Origin: Ostrea edulis
Lineage: Eukaryota
Direction of reading: 5' to 3'
DNA length: 64,000 bases
NCBI RefSeq assembly: GCF_947568905.1
Contig: NC_079166.1
Coordinates: forward strand, 91,202,001 to 91,266,000
Shown here: one piece after another, positions 35,339 to 48,578 of the stretch
How positions within the stretch are numbered: the stretch's first letter is position 1
How the letters are laid out: every line of letters starts with the position of its first letter
Notes under the pieces: generated by a model
Told to the model about the DNA's origin: nothing
Databases searched by the model: none
What the model saw: only the letters and a program-made list of their open reading frames with translations
Position numbers and translations under genes: made by a program

Positions 35339-35379
<41 letters not shown>

Positions 35380-35787
35380 TACGCTGTCTTTATGAGGTCA
35401 TAATAACAATGTATAGTTATGCCATTGTTGTTTTTCTTTGAACAAGGTACGATTGTGTACATAAAAAGCCCCCCCCCCCCCAAAAAAAAATCCCAGTTTT
35501 AAATGTGTCTTGAAATAAGTTTGATCTGTGTTTTCAGAAAGTTGAATATATATAAAGTATACTGTATCAACTAAATCAAAGTTAGTGCTTATCAGATGTT
35601 GATTCTATTAATACATGCACCAGGAGGTACAATATTTATATACCTTTTCCACTACTTTCATGTACTGTATTTTGATGCAACACTTCTATGTTTATATGAT
35701 TCTGAACGATCGAAAAATTATGATACAAAACTATCAATAAAACATTTTTTTCATTGATTTGATGTTCAATACTATATTTTCCATTAC

Positions 35788-36011
35788 CTCTTTGAACGTG
35801 ATATTTGGTTTGTCTTTGATCGTTTTCTTGTCGGAATTTGACTCTTTTTCTGACTTCTCTTTTTCTTGGACCTGTTTCGTGAATTCGTATCCAATCCAGT
35901 CATGAAATGATGTGGTGGAGTACAGTCCATAGTTGTGGACAGCTGAGATAATGGCTCTTAAGTACTTCTGTCCAGGTATTACAGAAAGCATCTTATCGTA
36001 CCATTTGTCTC
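35788..36011 (-). CDS. Patatin-like phospholipase exon (GDKWYDKML...YGLYSTTSFHDWI...NITFKE)
   Basis: TTCCACAG acceptor, GTAATG donor, phase 1-0. Confidence 0.85.
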
Positions 36012-36558
36012 CTGTGGAACACACCAAAAGCCTGGATGAAACTTCAATAGACATCCCCCGCCAGAAGTAGTTATTCTTTTGGTGCAATTAATGATGAAAT
36101 GAAATATTACTTTATTTCCTTAACTGAAAGAGTTGAACAAAATTTAAGATGATTTGTTCAAAAACTAAGAAAATAATTATCATTTAGCCAGGAAACGTAA
36201 TAGAGAATCATTTCATGGTATATTCAGCTTGTTATCCCTCTTTAGGCCATCTTAAATGTCTTACTACTATTCTTGGTCAAAATAAAAAAAAAGAACAACT
36301 TTAAAACGCATGAAATAATAGCAATATTTAAAGGAATCCTACTTATAAGTTATATATTCTAGTCTATTGAAAATGAATAATTTTCTATTCAATGAATGTA
36401 GACTACATGATCAGAACATTGCGGTCACCTAAAAGAGATTAAAAGAAACAATGTTTTTTTTTTACACTATAGGCATCAGAGCGACTGTCTATCCAACTAA
36501 GTTATATATATTTATACCATTTTGGCGGCGAACATAGTGCAAATTAGTTAGATTACTA

Positions 36559-36636
36559 TGAGCATTACTGAAGAGACATTATTTGTCGAAATGCGCATCT
36601 GGTGCATCAAAATTGGTACCGTATAAGTTTTATATT
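36559..36636 (+). ncRNA. Minimal hammerhead copy 4 in a heavily 5'-truncated fragment
   Basis: GCAUUA-CUGAAGA...GAAA-UGCGCAUC/UGGUGC at 36562-36605; the C-to-U change keeps stem I as a G-U pair. Confidence 0.8.
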
Positions 36637-36654
36637 CTAGACAGATGTGCTAAA

Positions 36655-36822
36655 ACATACTGCAAATTAATGATCGATAGTTAAATTACTATGATGAAAT
36701 GCAAATTAATGATCGATAGTTAAATTACTATGATGAAATGCAAATTAATGATCGATAGTTAAATTACTATGATGAAATGCAAATTTAATGATCGATAGTT
36801 AAATTACTATGATGAAGTGCAA
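36655..36822. repeat. 39-bp tandem repeat, about 4 units
   Basis: Unit TGCAAATTAATGATCGATAGTTAAATTACTATGATGAAA. Confidence 0.95.
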
Positions 36823-37976
36823 AAGATGTATTATTGATTGTTTGTTTTACGTTCATTAAAGAATTATTTATTTACATCTTGACGTCATTAAATCTAGCTG
36901 TAAACTGAATGGTATAACATCAGTACGTTTCCTGAGGGATTAGCTAAACCCGTTTTGGACCCAAACTCTGAAAGGGATCTAACTCTGATCCAGATAAAAA
37001 AAACTAACCCTTCGCTTCAAATGCCTAAAAATATTAAACTAGGTGCGCTATGCTTTATTTGCTTAGATTAATGTTTTAACTACTTGCATACCAAATTTCA
37101 AGTCGCAGGTTCTTTAAATAACAAAGATATACGTCATCGTCCTCTCGATTTCACTTGTTTATTTTTACTAGGATATTTACCGGTCCAGGTCACGGAGTCA
37201 TTTCTCGCCTGTGACAGCAGCGAAATTCAGACTAGTGTGGAAGATTTCCGATCTGTCAATTACAATTGCACTTCAATTATACGCTACTTACTTGTTAGTT
37301 AGTTGTTAACATCTATCATGTTCAATAAAATATGTAAGTACCAAGCAGATGTGTAAGACTCTGTGGTGTCTTTTTTTTCGAGTTCGCTGAGGTATATTGA
37401 ATCGAGATATGGATGAAAATGATTACTGCTACATGTAAACGGCGTCGATATATCTAACTGTCGAGTTCAAATATGAATAAAACTGAAATGGACTTCGTCT
37501 TTTGAAAGGGAATGAGGTCTATAATTTGGATTACGAGATGTGGAATTAAAGCCAAGTTAAAATGAGTCCTGCCAACTATCCATTTGCTAGGTTTGTCAGT
37601 TGGAGGTAATACGTATATGTATTACTCTGTAACCTATATAAATCGTCTAACAATTCTGGCTTACTAAACAAGAAGAATAGATGGTGCGCGATTTTGTTTT
37701 GATGTGTGTAATACATTTTGATATTCTTCTTATACATTTGGTACATTCTTACAATTTTAATTCATAAAAAAGATTACGATACCCTCGAAAGCAACCATGT
37801 AACTTTCTATGAAGGCCTTTATGGAGACTTGAAACTTCTACACAAATTAACATCTCGATCCACATATCAAACAAACATTTAGAAGATATGAACAGAATAT
37901 TGTGTATAAAATCCACGCATGGGGAATTGTTGTGTGTATCTAGATGATGAACTAGAATAAAATTTTAAATTGATAC

Positions 37977-38124
37977 CCATCAGCATTTCATAGAAATCTT
38001 GCTTTAGTAATTCTTCCATTCGTTCTGTTGAACATCCCAGCGCTAAAAATGCTGCACAAATGGCACCAGCACTCGCACCACCGAATCGTGTGACCTTTTC
38101 CTTGATTTTCCTTTCTGTCAGTTC
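37977..38124 (-). CDS. Patatin-like phospholipase exon with nucleophile elbow (RFGGASAGAI)
   Basis: G-x-S-x-G motif; CAATAAG acceptor, GTATCA donor, phase 0-1. Confidence 0.9.
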
Positions 38125-38240
38125 CTTATTGATTTCAATATTAAGTAAAACAACACTGTAAGTAGAGTCTGCTGATCGTAAACAGTTAACTAACGGTAAG
38201 AAACATTACAAGAAACGATTGCGCAGATCATTCCATGTAC

Positions 38241-38323
38241 CTTGATAGCACCACAGTAAGCTATTCCCTTTGCTCCTCCTCCTTGGAAAACGAGCGCATT
38301 GATATCTCCTGGACTTAGTCTTT
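38241..38323 (-). CDS. Patatin-like phospholipase exon with oxyanion motif (ALVFQGGGAKGIAYCGAIK)
   Basis: CATTACAG acceptor, GTACAT donor, phase 1-0. The 13 exons from here to the stop total 1322 nt, plus 1 upstream nt = 441 codons. Confidence 0.9.
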
Positions 38324-41158
38324 CTGTAATGATGAAAATATAATGAAAATAATAACAAGCTATAACTGTGGTAAGATGCCAACACAAATGTCCCTGAACA
38401 CCTCCCCATGTCTGAAATAATGTTTGATGCCGATACTAACAAAAATCCCAGAAACTAAAGGAGTAGGTACAGTTTCTACAGTCATCTGGCCCAAAATATT
38501 GATGATTTCACTTGGAGCTCAAATCCTGGCATTCAATTAAGGAATAGTTTAGCAAACCCAAAAGTCACTCAGTTTGATCAACAAAATGATTAGTGTCCTA
38601 TGACGAGAGCTTGAAGTTGGCATAAAATTGCAAAAATGCCATTTTCAATGAAAATATCCACAAATTCAGGTGGTTTTCCTTTTAGAAAACATACAGCGCA
38701 TGCGTCGAGCAAATTCATATTGAAGCATGTTTTTCATCTCAAAATGATACACAATATATATCATTTTCATTTTGCTCGACAAATGCGCACATCTTTTCCT
38801 GAGCAATAATTTGTATGACATTTGACAGTTTTCAGGCTTATTTTGAGAAAAAGGCGGGGAATGTCTTATTCATGATGTCATAATGCTATCCATTTAGGAC
38901 TATCATTCTGATTTTGTTGACATAGTATACCTAGCATTTATTTTACTTTCTTAAAACACTGATTTTAAGGTTAATTCCAGACACATTTTATAGAGAGAAT
39001 TTTTTTGGGCCTTTTTATGTATACAACCGTACCTTGTTCTTTGTTTGAAATCCGACTAACTTGAATTTTGGCAGCCATTTGTTTAAATATCGGCCATTTT
39101 GAAACAATTGAAAATTTAATAGAAGGAAATAATGGTGCTAGAAATTAACTGTGTACCTGACATCAGAATCCAAATGACGTAGATAATTTAACACTTTGAA
39201 ATATTTTGGTATATGGCGGCCATACCAAAAGTGGCGGCTCAAAAAAATTTAGAATTTGGTTTAACCCTTTCTCAACCGTACCGGTCAATTTGACCGGTGG
39301 CGCGTAAAAACAGGACTACACAAAAAAGGACTGCCTCTAAATCTTTGAAACTACGGCAATAATATCATATTTTTTGATTTTTTTTTTCTGTTTTTTTATC
39401 TATGTAAAAATCAATTAAGTAAGTAGAGGCATTAGATTAAGAAAAGCATTTAAAGTGAAGGATGGCTTCGTCTAAATATGACGCAATGCTTTGTCGCAAG
39501 GTGATTTTCCCCCTCGATATGATTTTTTTTATTTGTCTTAAGAATTCAAGATTTTTTTTTATAGTTTTGAAAATCATATATTCCCTGCTTTCAGAAGCTA
39601 CAAAAATTACTTTTAATGCCTGGAGAAGTTATAAGAAAATCGCAATGTTTTGCACATGTACGTTTTCTTACGATTTTATTTCTCAATGTTCAAACAGATC
39701 GGCGTTTTACCTATATTCATATATGGAAATAGGGACAAGTAAATTTAGCCTGTAAAAGTAGAGGAAATTTCCCTTTTGGTGGGCTCTTATTCGTGTTATA
39801 ATTCTCGTTAGTTTTTGTATTACGATAAAATGAAATTGGGACATGCTGCGCGGTTTTCTTTAGAATTAGCGACAAAACGTCGTCGCTAAAAGCAATCGAC
39901 GTGCATCGCACAATAAAGTGGTGAAAAGTTGAAAACTATTTGTATTGTCCTCTATTAGTAAATTCAGTACCTTTTGATAAACAATATACATACATGTATA
40001 TGTATGGATAATCAGTCAGGTATTCTCTGCTTTAAAAACAAACATAAACCAATATTGGTATATAACAGTTACACAACCTACATGTAACTTCATAAAACAC
40101 CTATTGAGAATGTTACATCGGCAAAGTAAATTCAAAAAAAGATAAATAAAATACTTCAATTTCAGATATAAACGTTATATTTGTTTGGAATAGTAATATT
40201 TTGTTTTCCTACCAAACAAAGAAAACCAAAAAGAAGTTCGCATATAGCCTAGCAGAGAATCATAATCAAAAGATTTATATTGTGCGCTATCAACGTTAGT
40301 TCTCGAAAGCGCTTTGCAAATGTGAGAGAAAAATAATACAAAATCGATGTGAACATACATGTGAATAAAATACTCCTAGTGTCAGAATTAAAATGCATAA
40401 TTATAATTATTGATATATAGCGCCTAATACAATTACCCTGATAACTTATATAAAACAATTTCGTACGTGTCAGAGGTAGTTGGAGAAGATGCAGAGATTC
40501 GGATCTTAGTGATCGTGTGGGATTGTAACTTGTAAGGATATCCTTTATGTAAACTGGAGATTGTTGATAGATTTAAAAGTATGAAGAAGGATCCGGATCT
40601 TATATTGAATTCTGTCTTCAACTGGGAGCCAGGGAAGATCTATTAGAATAGGAATAATATGGTCCGAGTTTCTTAGCGTGTTATCAATCTTGCAACTATG
40701 TTTTGTGCCTCTGAAAATTGCGGGTATGTTGAGAATGAACACCATAAAGCAATACATTTCCGTAATCTAATCTAGATATGACAAAGGAGTTTGCTAGAGT
40801 TTTACATGCTTCATCATTAATAAATAAATGGACAGATACAGCCAATTCTATGAATGTTCAAGACAGCGTTTGTTCATGGTAAAGGATTTGTCAAGGATTA
40901 CACCTACCTTTTTATTTTACGAAAGATGAATCACTTACAACACAGATCAAATTCAATATCAAAACTGATCATATCTTTAAGTCTGTGTTTTGGTGCGAAG
41001 ACTACAAGTTCAGTTTTATCTTCATTAAGTTTGAGGAGGTTAATACTAATTCACATACGTATGTCCGATAAATATCTAGAGAGTATGTTCTATTTCGAGA
41101 GCATGCATGTATTACATAGTTTATGTATGCGTATTATCATACATTCCGGCTTTTTATA

Positions 41159-41940
41159 CCGAGCGAAGCTTGGATGGGCCGAAGCAAGGCTCTAAAGGTA
41201 ACACGTATGTAAAATGAAAAATGAGAAAATCAGCAAATGAATAGATATAATCTGTACATACGTTAACTGAAAATTTTCTGATCCATATGGGCGCCGCCAT
41301 ATTGCTTTGTTCATTAATTGCTTATGAAGTTATTCGTGTTTTATTTTGAATGCCAAAAATACAAGACTGACGTGCACTTTGTAATTCAAACACCCACTTT
41401 GTTAAAAATGAATGGTATGGTTATTACTGTTACAGTTTTTAGCCAATCATCAAATAGATAAACAGTAATACGACTAAATTATGAACGAGTTCATGTTCTT
41501 TTTAAAAATAAGAATATATGATATACTTACCGTTACATTTTTACCATTTTGAATTTATTGGTTAATTTTGTTTAGTTTTAACGGTCTTTTCAATTGCAAA
41601 CGGGATGTATTGTTATTGTTTATAATTGTTTGCCTTGAAAAAAAGAGAACAACGTCGAGGCTAAATGTGACGTCACAATGCACGGTTTACGTCGCCTTGC
41701 TTTTTTCCCCGCGTTAAATGAACAGGCGATCCTGTAAAACTGTTATCCCCATTTATCCTCTTTTAATATTGACATGTTACTGGGTGTTTAGCGCAAGGAA
41801 AATTTTATAAAAATATATATATATATATTAAAATGAATCATAATGTACCGTACTTAACGGAATTATAAGTATCACTTGGGACACACCAATGACCATGTTA
41901 TGCTTCGCTCGGTCCAAAGGTCACACCGTATACATATTAA
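41159..41940. mobile_element. ~780-bp insertion present only in duplicate copy 1
   Basis: 12-bp inverted repeat ACCGAGCGAAGC (41158-41169) / GCTTCGCTCGGT (41902-41913); empty site TTTTATA-G-ATATGG at about 45624-45637. Confidence 0.65.
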
Positions 41941-44199
41941 ATATGGTCGGGACCCACCACGTTCTGTGGTAGATATGGAATCACTAACTTTCGATTTAGC
42001 AGAATATTTAAAGCGGTTTTTTCATGTTCTTTATTGAATTGAGTTTGTAGTAATGTAAAGTGGAAACACGCATACAAAAATACGTTTTAAACCTTTCATA
42101 CAGATTTATACTCGGTGATAAACGTACAGGAGGAAGCTTCACTTTCAGTGACTATAATAAGAGTTTAAACATAGTACAGTTATAGATATTAGAGAAAGAA
42201 AGAGAAAACTTTACTCAGTAAATTGATCAATATTACCACAAATCACACATACATGTATTCTAGTGATACTTAATTGTTTTCTTTATACCTCTGTATGTAG
42301 AAAGAATATTTCAAGGTCTTGTACCTTGGAGACGTCTCTTACTTTTATTTTTCACCCCAGCATGCTTAGGCGTATATGTCGGTTTTCGTTGATATTCTGC
42401 AAGAAATACCATGCTAAAGGTTTATACACCATATGATGTTTAAATCGTGATTACTTCTAAAAGCTATAAACACTTTTGAATATTCGAAATGACTGAAAAA
42501 GCACAATTTAAGGAAAATATCGGAGAAATCTAAAAATTCTAATTCCGATGAACCCACATCTAGGAATCCATATTCGTTACGAAGGAAAGAAATGAGCCAG
42601 CAAACAGGCATTGTGAGATGTGATCGATCTGTACATGTGTAAACTATATTGTATGCTATCTTCATTGTTTTACAACCAAGCTTCTGTCGAATGCGGTACC
42701 CAAGTAGGTGGGATGTCCGCTTTCAAGAAATTTTATATCCCTCAGCGCATGCGTGCTTTGTGTTGTGAGCATGTTTTGTGGGTCTTCCGCCTTCCTATAC
42801 ATTCAATAAATAATTGTCATAGACCGATGCAGGTGTTTTCTGACGGGGAACAGTGACCCTGCGATATAACTATGTACGTTTGAACCAATCTTTTGAACCA
42901 TATTTAGAAAAGAAAACTTAAGGTACAGTAACTGCGATAACTTCAATACGTAAACTTACTTTCAAGGAAACAATGCAGATCTGATTTTTAAAAATGCCAT
43001 TCTTTAAAGTGAATCTTTTTATTCAAAATAGCCTATATTGTTTATTAACATCAACCTAAAGAGTATAATATCTAATTAGGGGAATGCAATCCGCAAATAT
43101 GATGAACATTCATTGTTGCAATGGTTCGATGACAATATAAACTGTTACATAAGTTCCCTATGAATCAATTTTTGGTACAGAGGACTCTGCAGTATCAGAA
43201 AACAGGAAATACACATTTTTGTAAACATTGGAAAAATGATGAAATATTAAGTATTCAATTAATGTAGCATTTCGGGTTATATTTCTGTATTGATTCATAT
43301 CCTCAGCAGAATTTAAAGAACATTGGTTTAGAGTGCAAATAGATGAGAAGGGTTTTACATAGCAGTATTAGATAATCATTTCCTGTAGAAAATTGTACTA
43401 CTCAAACGGCGATACTTTTTATTCCATTTCATTTTAGTTTTCTGCTTTTGTTTCCTCTCCATCGGGATTTTTAACAGGCTGAATAAAACAAAAGCCGCAG
43501 AAAATTCAGACATTATTTACATTGCACATTGTAACAGGTGCACAGTCCGATCATCATTGGCGCAGTCATCTTTTGAGTATGTAAAATTACACAAGGGATT
43601 GCTGGCAGAAATCTGTCAGCGTGTATTTGATTGCCTTAACGAATGGTCATGCGGACGAAACCCACGATTGGGTTATTTCAGATCCTTGAGCAGTAATCTA
43701 CAACTGTACGTGAGCAGATCAAAGGGTCTTATTTTAATCAGATTGATGTTATTCACTGATAAGGAACTATCGTTGTCTACAAATCTAAGCAATTCTTACT
43801 TCCGAGATGCAAGGTATATTTCAAGATTTAGTACCTTTCTCATTTCCATCTTCATTCGATGTTGCTGAAACATCTGATGTATTGACTTTCATTGAAACAC
43901 GACGTGCTGTTAGAAATACGAAACGAAACGCTTAGATAACATCATAATTCGCGTAACGTTATGTTTGCTGCGAATTGAGCCCGTGCCTGCCGCCGGATGG
44001 GACCACTAACCTACCTATAAACTAGTATATGTAGGTTATGTATTTATAATTAATAACAGCTCTGTTTCAAAGTCAAGGCCATTGGACAATGTCAGATCAT
44101 AACCTTGATGAATATATAAAATTGAAATTAATGATGAAAAATACAATTAACTGGATTTTGTTGCCATTGTTGTTGTTTTGTTGTTTTGTGTCAAACTCA

Positions 44200-44408
44200 A
44201 TATTTTTTTCAGTTATCTGGTTTGCGCCCAGTTTTTATTGGTGGAAGAGAGAACCCAGATACAATGTACCTGGAAGAGACCACCGACCTTCCGAAAATAA
44301 ACTGGGAAACTTTCTCACTTACCGGTGCGAGGAGGATTCCATCCCGCGCGGAACAGAGGTGGTATTGAAAGCGATGCTCCAACCACTGGGTCACGGATGC
44401 CCCTTGCC
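44200..44408 (-). mobile_element. tRNA-derived SINE with V/Meta-type central domain
   Basis: TGACCCAGTGG head, GGAATCC B-box remnant, GGTCGGTGGTCTCTTCC...CTTCCACCAATAAAAACTG core. Confidence 0.65.
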
Positions 44409-44759
44409 ACTGCAATCAAAATTTTAATCAAAGGATTTATATAGCGCCACATCAACATTAGTTCTCAAAAGCGTTTTACAAATGTGAGAGAAAAGGTAAT
44501 ATAAAATCGATGTACACATACATGTGAATAAAACATTCATAGTGTCAGAATTAAAATGCATAATTATTATTGATATATAGCGCCTAATGTAATGATAAAA
44601 TTACCCTAATAATTTATTAAACAATTTAAAATAACCCTTAGGAATAATTAAATACATACAAAGGGCATAATTATAAAAACATTTTTGTTGTTGTAAAAAA
44701 CAAATTAACAGCACTGTATGAGTTGTAATATAAGAGCACTAAGTAAGTACAAACAATCA

Positions 44760-45600
44760 CAAATGCAAAGCTAATCTAAAAAGATGCGTTCTGAGGTCCG
44801 CTTTAAAACTAGACAGTGAAGTACATTGTCTGAATTTAAAAGGCAGAGAGTTCCAGAAACTCGATGCGGACTTATCCATCGATCCTCCATGTTTTCATAC
44901 ATGTCCGAGATATCTGGAGAAGATGCAGAGATTCGGATCTTAATGATCGTGTGGGATTGTAAACTGTAAGGATATCCTTTATGTAAACTGGAGATAGGTT
45001 TTTGAGAGATTTGAAAGTAGAAAGTAGGATCTTATATTGAATTCTGTATTCAACTGGGAGCCGGTGAAGATTTATTAAAACGGGAGTAATATGGTCGTTT
45101 TTTTTTAGCGTGTTATTAATCTTGCAGCTGTTTGGTGCCGCCCTCTGAAGTTTGCTGGTGTGTTGAATATGAACACCATAAAGCAATGCATTTCCGAAAT
45201 CTAATCTGGATGTAACTAACGAGTTTACCAGAGTTTTACATGCTTTACATGTTTTACATTACAACCTTTCACATGCTTCAACTTTAAGAAATTGCCGGAT
45301 ACAGCCAATTCTGCGAATGTTCAAGACAGTGTTTTTCCATGGTAAGGCATTTGTCAAAAAACATGCCTATTTTTTTTTTTTTTTTTTTTACGAAAGATGA
45401 ATAACTTACAATACAGCCATTAAATTCATATCAAAATTGCTCATGTCTTTAAGTCTGTGTTTTGGTGCGAAGACTACAAGTTCAGTTTTATCTTCATTGA
45501 GTTTGAGGATGTTGATACTCATCCACTTACATATGTCCGATAAACATTTTGAGAGTTTGTTCTATTTCCAGAGAATGCATGCATTACATTGTCAATGCAT
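44760..45600 (-). mobile_element. L2-clade LINE 3' fragment (paralogous copies at 40440-41110 and 47640-48185)
   Basis: DHITPVLINLH.LPVEYRIQYKILL.TFKSL..L.P.YI, RSLRS, WNSLP..R...SLSSFK..L.THLF motifs. Confidence 0.85.
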
Positions 45601-48475
45601 GTGTAATATCATACATTCTGGCTTTTTATAGATATGGTGGGGATCCACCAAGTTCTGTGATAGAGGTGGAATTAAAAACTATCGATTGAGCAGAATTTTT
45701 AAAGTGGCTTTTTCATGTGCCTTATTCAATTGGGTTTGTAGTAATGTATAGTGTAAACACGCATACAAGGAATAAGCATACAAATTTATACTCGGTATGA
45801 AACGTACAGGAAGAAGCTTGACTTTCAGTGACTATAAGAAGAGTTTAAACATAGTTAAGTTAGTGATATTTGAGAAATAAAGAGAAAAAATCTACTCAGT
45901 ATATTAATCAACATTGCCACAAAACACACATACATGTATTCTAGTGATATTTCATTGTTGTTTTTTTTTATACCTCTGTATGTCAAAAGAATATTTCAAG
46001 GTCTTGTACCTTGGAGACGTCTCTTACTTTTACTTTTAACCCCAGCATGCTTAGGTGTATGCGTCGCTATTTCTGGATATTCTGCAAGAAATACCATGCT
46101 AAAGGTTTATACACCATATTATGATTGAATCGTGATTACCTCTAAAAGCTATACACACTTTTGAATATTCAAAATGACTGACAAAGCACAATTTAAGGAA
46201 AATATTGGAGAACTCTACAATTCTATTTCCGATGAACCCACATCTAGGAATCCATATTAGTAACTAAGGATAGAAATGAACCAGTGAAGAGGCATTCTGA
46301 AATGCGATCTGTGTAAAATATTGTATGCTATCTTCATTGCTTTACAACAAAGCTTCTGTCGAATGCGGTACACAAGTAGGTAGGGTGTCCGCTTCCTAAG
46401 CATATTTTATCCCGCAGCGCATTCGTGTTGTGTCTTGTACGCATGTTTGTGTTTTCTGGGTCTTCCGCCTTCCTATTCCTTAAATAATAGATTATCATAG
46501 ATCGATGCAGGTGTTTTCTGAAGGGGAACAGTGACCCTGCGATATACATATGTACACGAGAACACAATCTATATAAGAAAATTAAGGTACAGTGTAACTG
46601 CGATAAGTACAATACGTAAACTTACGTTCAAGGAAACTATGCAGATCTGATAAAAATAAATACCCAGTTTTTAAGCGAATGTTGTTTTTTTTATCTACTC
46701 AAAATAGCCTATATTGTTTTTAAACATAAACCCAAAGAGCATAATACCTAATTAGGGGTATGCAATCCGTAAATATTATGAAAATTCATTACTGTAATGG
46801 TTAATGACAATATAAACTGTTACAACATTTCCCTATGAATCAATTTTTGGTACAGAGGACTCTGCAGTATCAGAAAACAGGAAATACACATTTTTTTTAA
46901 CTTTGCAAAAATGATGAAATATTAAGTATTCAACTAATGTAGCATTTGGATTATATTTCTGTATTAATTGATATTTTAAGCAGAATTTAAAATGTATATC
47001 AAGAACATTGGTTTAGAGTGCTAATAGATGAGAAGGGATTTACATAGACCAACTCTCTATTTTGTATTACTTATAGGAGTTATGAGATTGATCACTGTTC
47101 GTTATCTTCACCTTTCGTAAAAGTATTGGATAATCATTTCCTGTAGAAAACTACTCTAACAGTGATCTTTCATTGCATTTCATTTTAGTTTTCTGATTTT
47201 GTTTCCTCTCCATCAGGATTTTTAACAGGCTGAAAAAATCAAGAGTCGCAGAGAATTCAGAGATTATTTACATTGCATGTTTTAACAGGTGCGCAGCACA
47301 GAACATCAATGGCGCGGCCATCTTTTATATATGTAAAATTACACAAGGGAGCGCTGGTAGAAATCGGTCAGCGTGTATTTGATTGGCTTAACGAATGGTC
47401 ATGCGGACGAGACCCACGATTAGAGTATTTCAGATCCTTCAGCAGCGATCTACAACTGTACGTGAGCAGATCAAAGGATCTTATTTAAATCAAATTGATA
47501 TTATTCACTGATAAAGAAATATCGTTATCTAAAAATCTAAGCAATTCTTACCTCCGAGATGCAAGGGATATTCTAAGATTTAGTACCTTTCTCATTTGCA
47601 TCTTCATCCGGTGTTGTTGAAGCAAACGTCGACCCATATATTTTTTCGTACGTGTCCGAGGTAGCTGGAGAAAATGCAGGGATTAGGATGTTAGTGATCG
47701 TGTGGGATTGTAAACTGTAAGGATATCCTTTACAGATTTAAAAGAATGAAAAAGGATCCGGATCTTATATTGAATTCTGTCTTCAACTGGGAGCCAGGGA
47801 AGATCTATTAGAATAGGAGTAATATGGTCCGAGTTTCTTAGCGTGTTATCAATCTTGCAGCTGTGTTTTGTGCCTCTGAAAATTGCGGGTGTGTTGAGAA
47901 TGAACACCATGAAGCAATGGATTTCCGTAATCTAATCTTGATATGACTAACGAGTTTGCTAGAGTTTTACATGCTTCATCATTAATAAATAAATGGACAG
48001 ATACAGCCAATTCTGCGAATGTTCAAGACAGAGTTTGTCCATGGTAAGGGATTTGTCGAGGAATACACCTTTTGTTTTGTTTTGTTTTTTTTGTTTTTTT
48101 GTTTTTTACGAAAGATGAATCACTTACAACACAGCCATCAAATCAAGATCAAAACTGCTCATATCTTTAAGTCTGTGTTTTAAAGACTAGACAGTGGAGT
48201 ACATTTTCTGAGTTTAAAAGGGGAATAGTGACCCTGCGATATACATATGTACACGGGAACGAACATAATTTATATTTAAAAAATTAAGGTACAGTATAAC
48301 TACGATAAGTTCAATGCATAAACTTACGTTCAAGGAAACTACGCAGATCTGATTTTAAAATATCCCTATTTTATTAGTGAATGTTTTTCCTCCTCAAAAT
48401 AGCCTGTATTGTCGACTTTGAACGAGACCATTGAAACCCTTATATATCTAGATCTCAAACTCTGTACAACTGCAC

Positions 48476-48578
48476 CTTCCCACTGATGACAGGGTTTCAG
48501 TTGTTCCCACTGAAGTTCTCCCGGCTTCTTCGAGATTTCATCAGTACTAGTTCTTGTTATCCACGAAGAAAACGACAT
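48476..48578 (-). CDS. Possible first coding exon of the patatin gene (MSFSSWITRTS...HQWE)
   Basis: Clean acceptor TTTCATTTTTCAG at 48608-48609 and ACAACATG start; a phase-1 G fits the next exon, but the donor GTGCAG is weak. Confidence 0.3.

Larger units (their letters stand above)
40250..48410. repeat. Local segmental duplication (40250-43870 vs 44430-47615, plus a mosaic third part at 47640-48410)
   Basis: Colinear shared blocks, e.g. 40270/44435, 41941/45632, 42845/46525/48225, 43540/47260. Confidence 0.85.

Noticed and set aside
16684-38323. Bacterial contamination or recent horizontal transfer of the patatin
   Set aside because: Many canonical spliceosomal introns filled with host repeats.
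38206-38442. Patatin start codon in the segment just upstream of the GGGAKG exon
   Set aside because: No phase-1 donor links the ATG at about 38409 to the exon at 38323.
38535-39930. TTAA-started DNA elements at 38535 and 39260
   Set aside because: Left ends look Kolobok- or piggyBac-like, but no matching right TIR or TSD was found.
43540-43870. ORFs in the duplicated block (also 47273-47488)
   Set aside because: The paralogous copies differ by stops and no domain was recognisable; only faint, unconvincing similarity on the minus strand.
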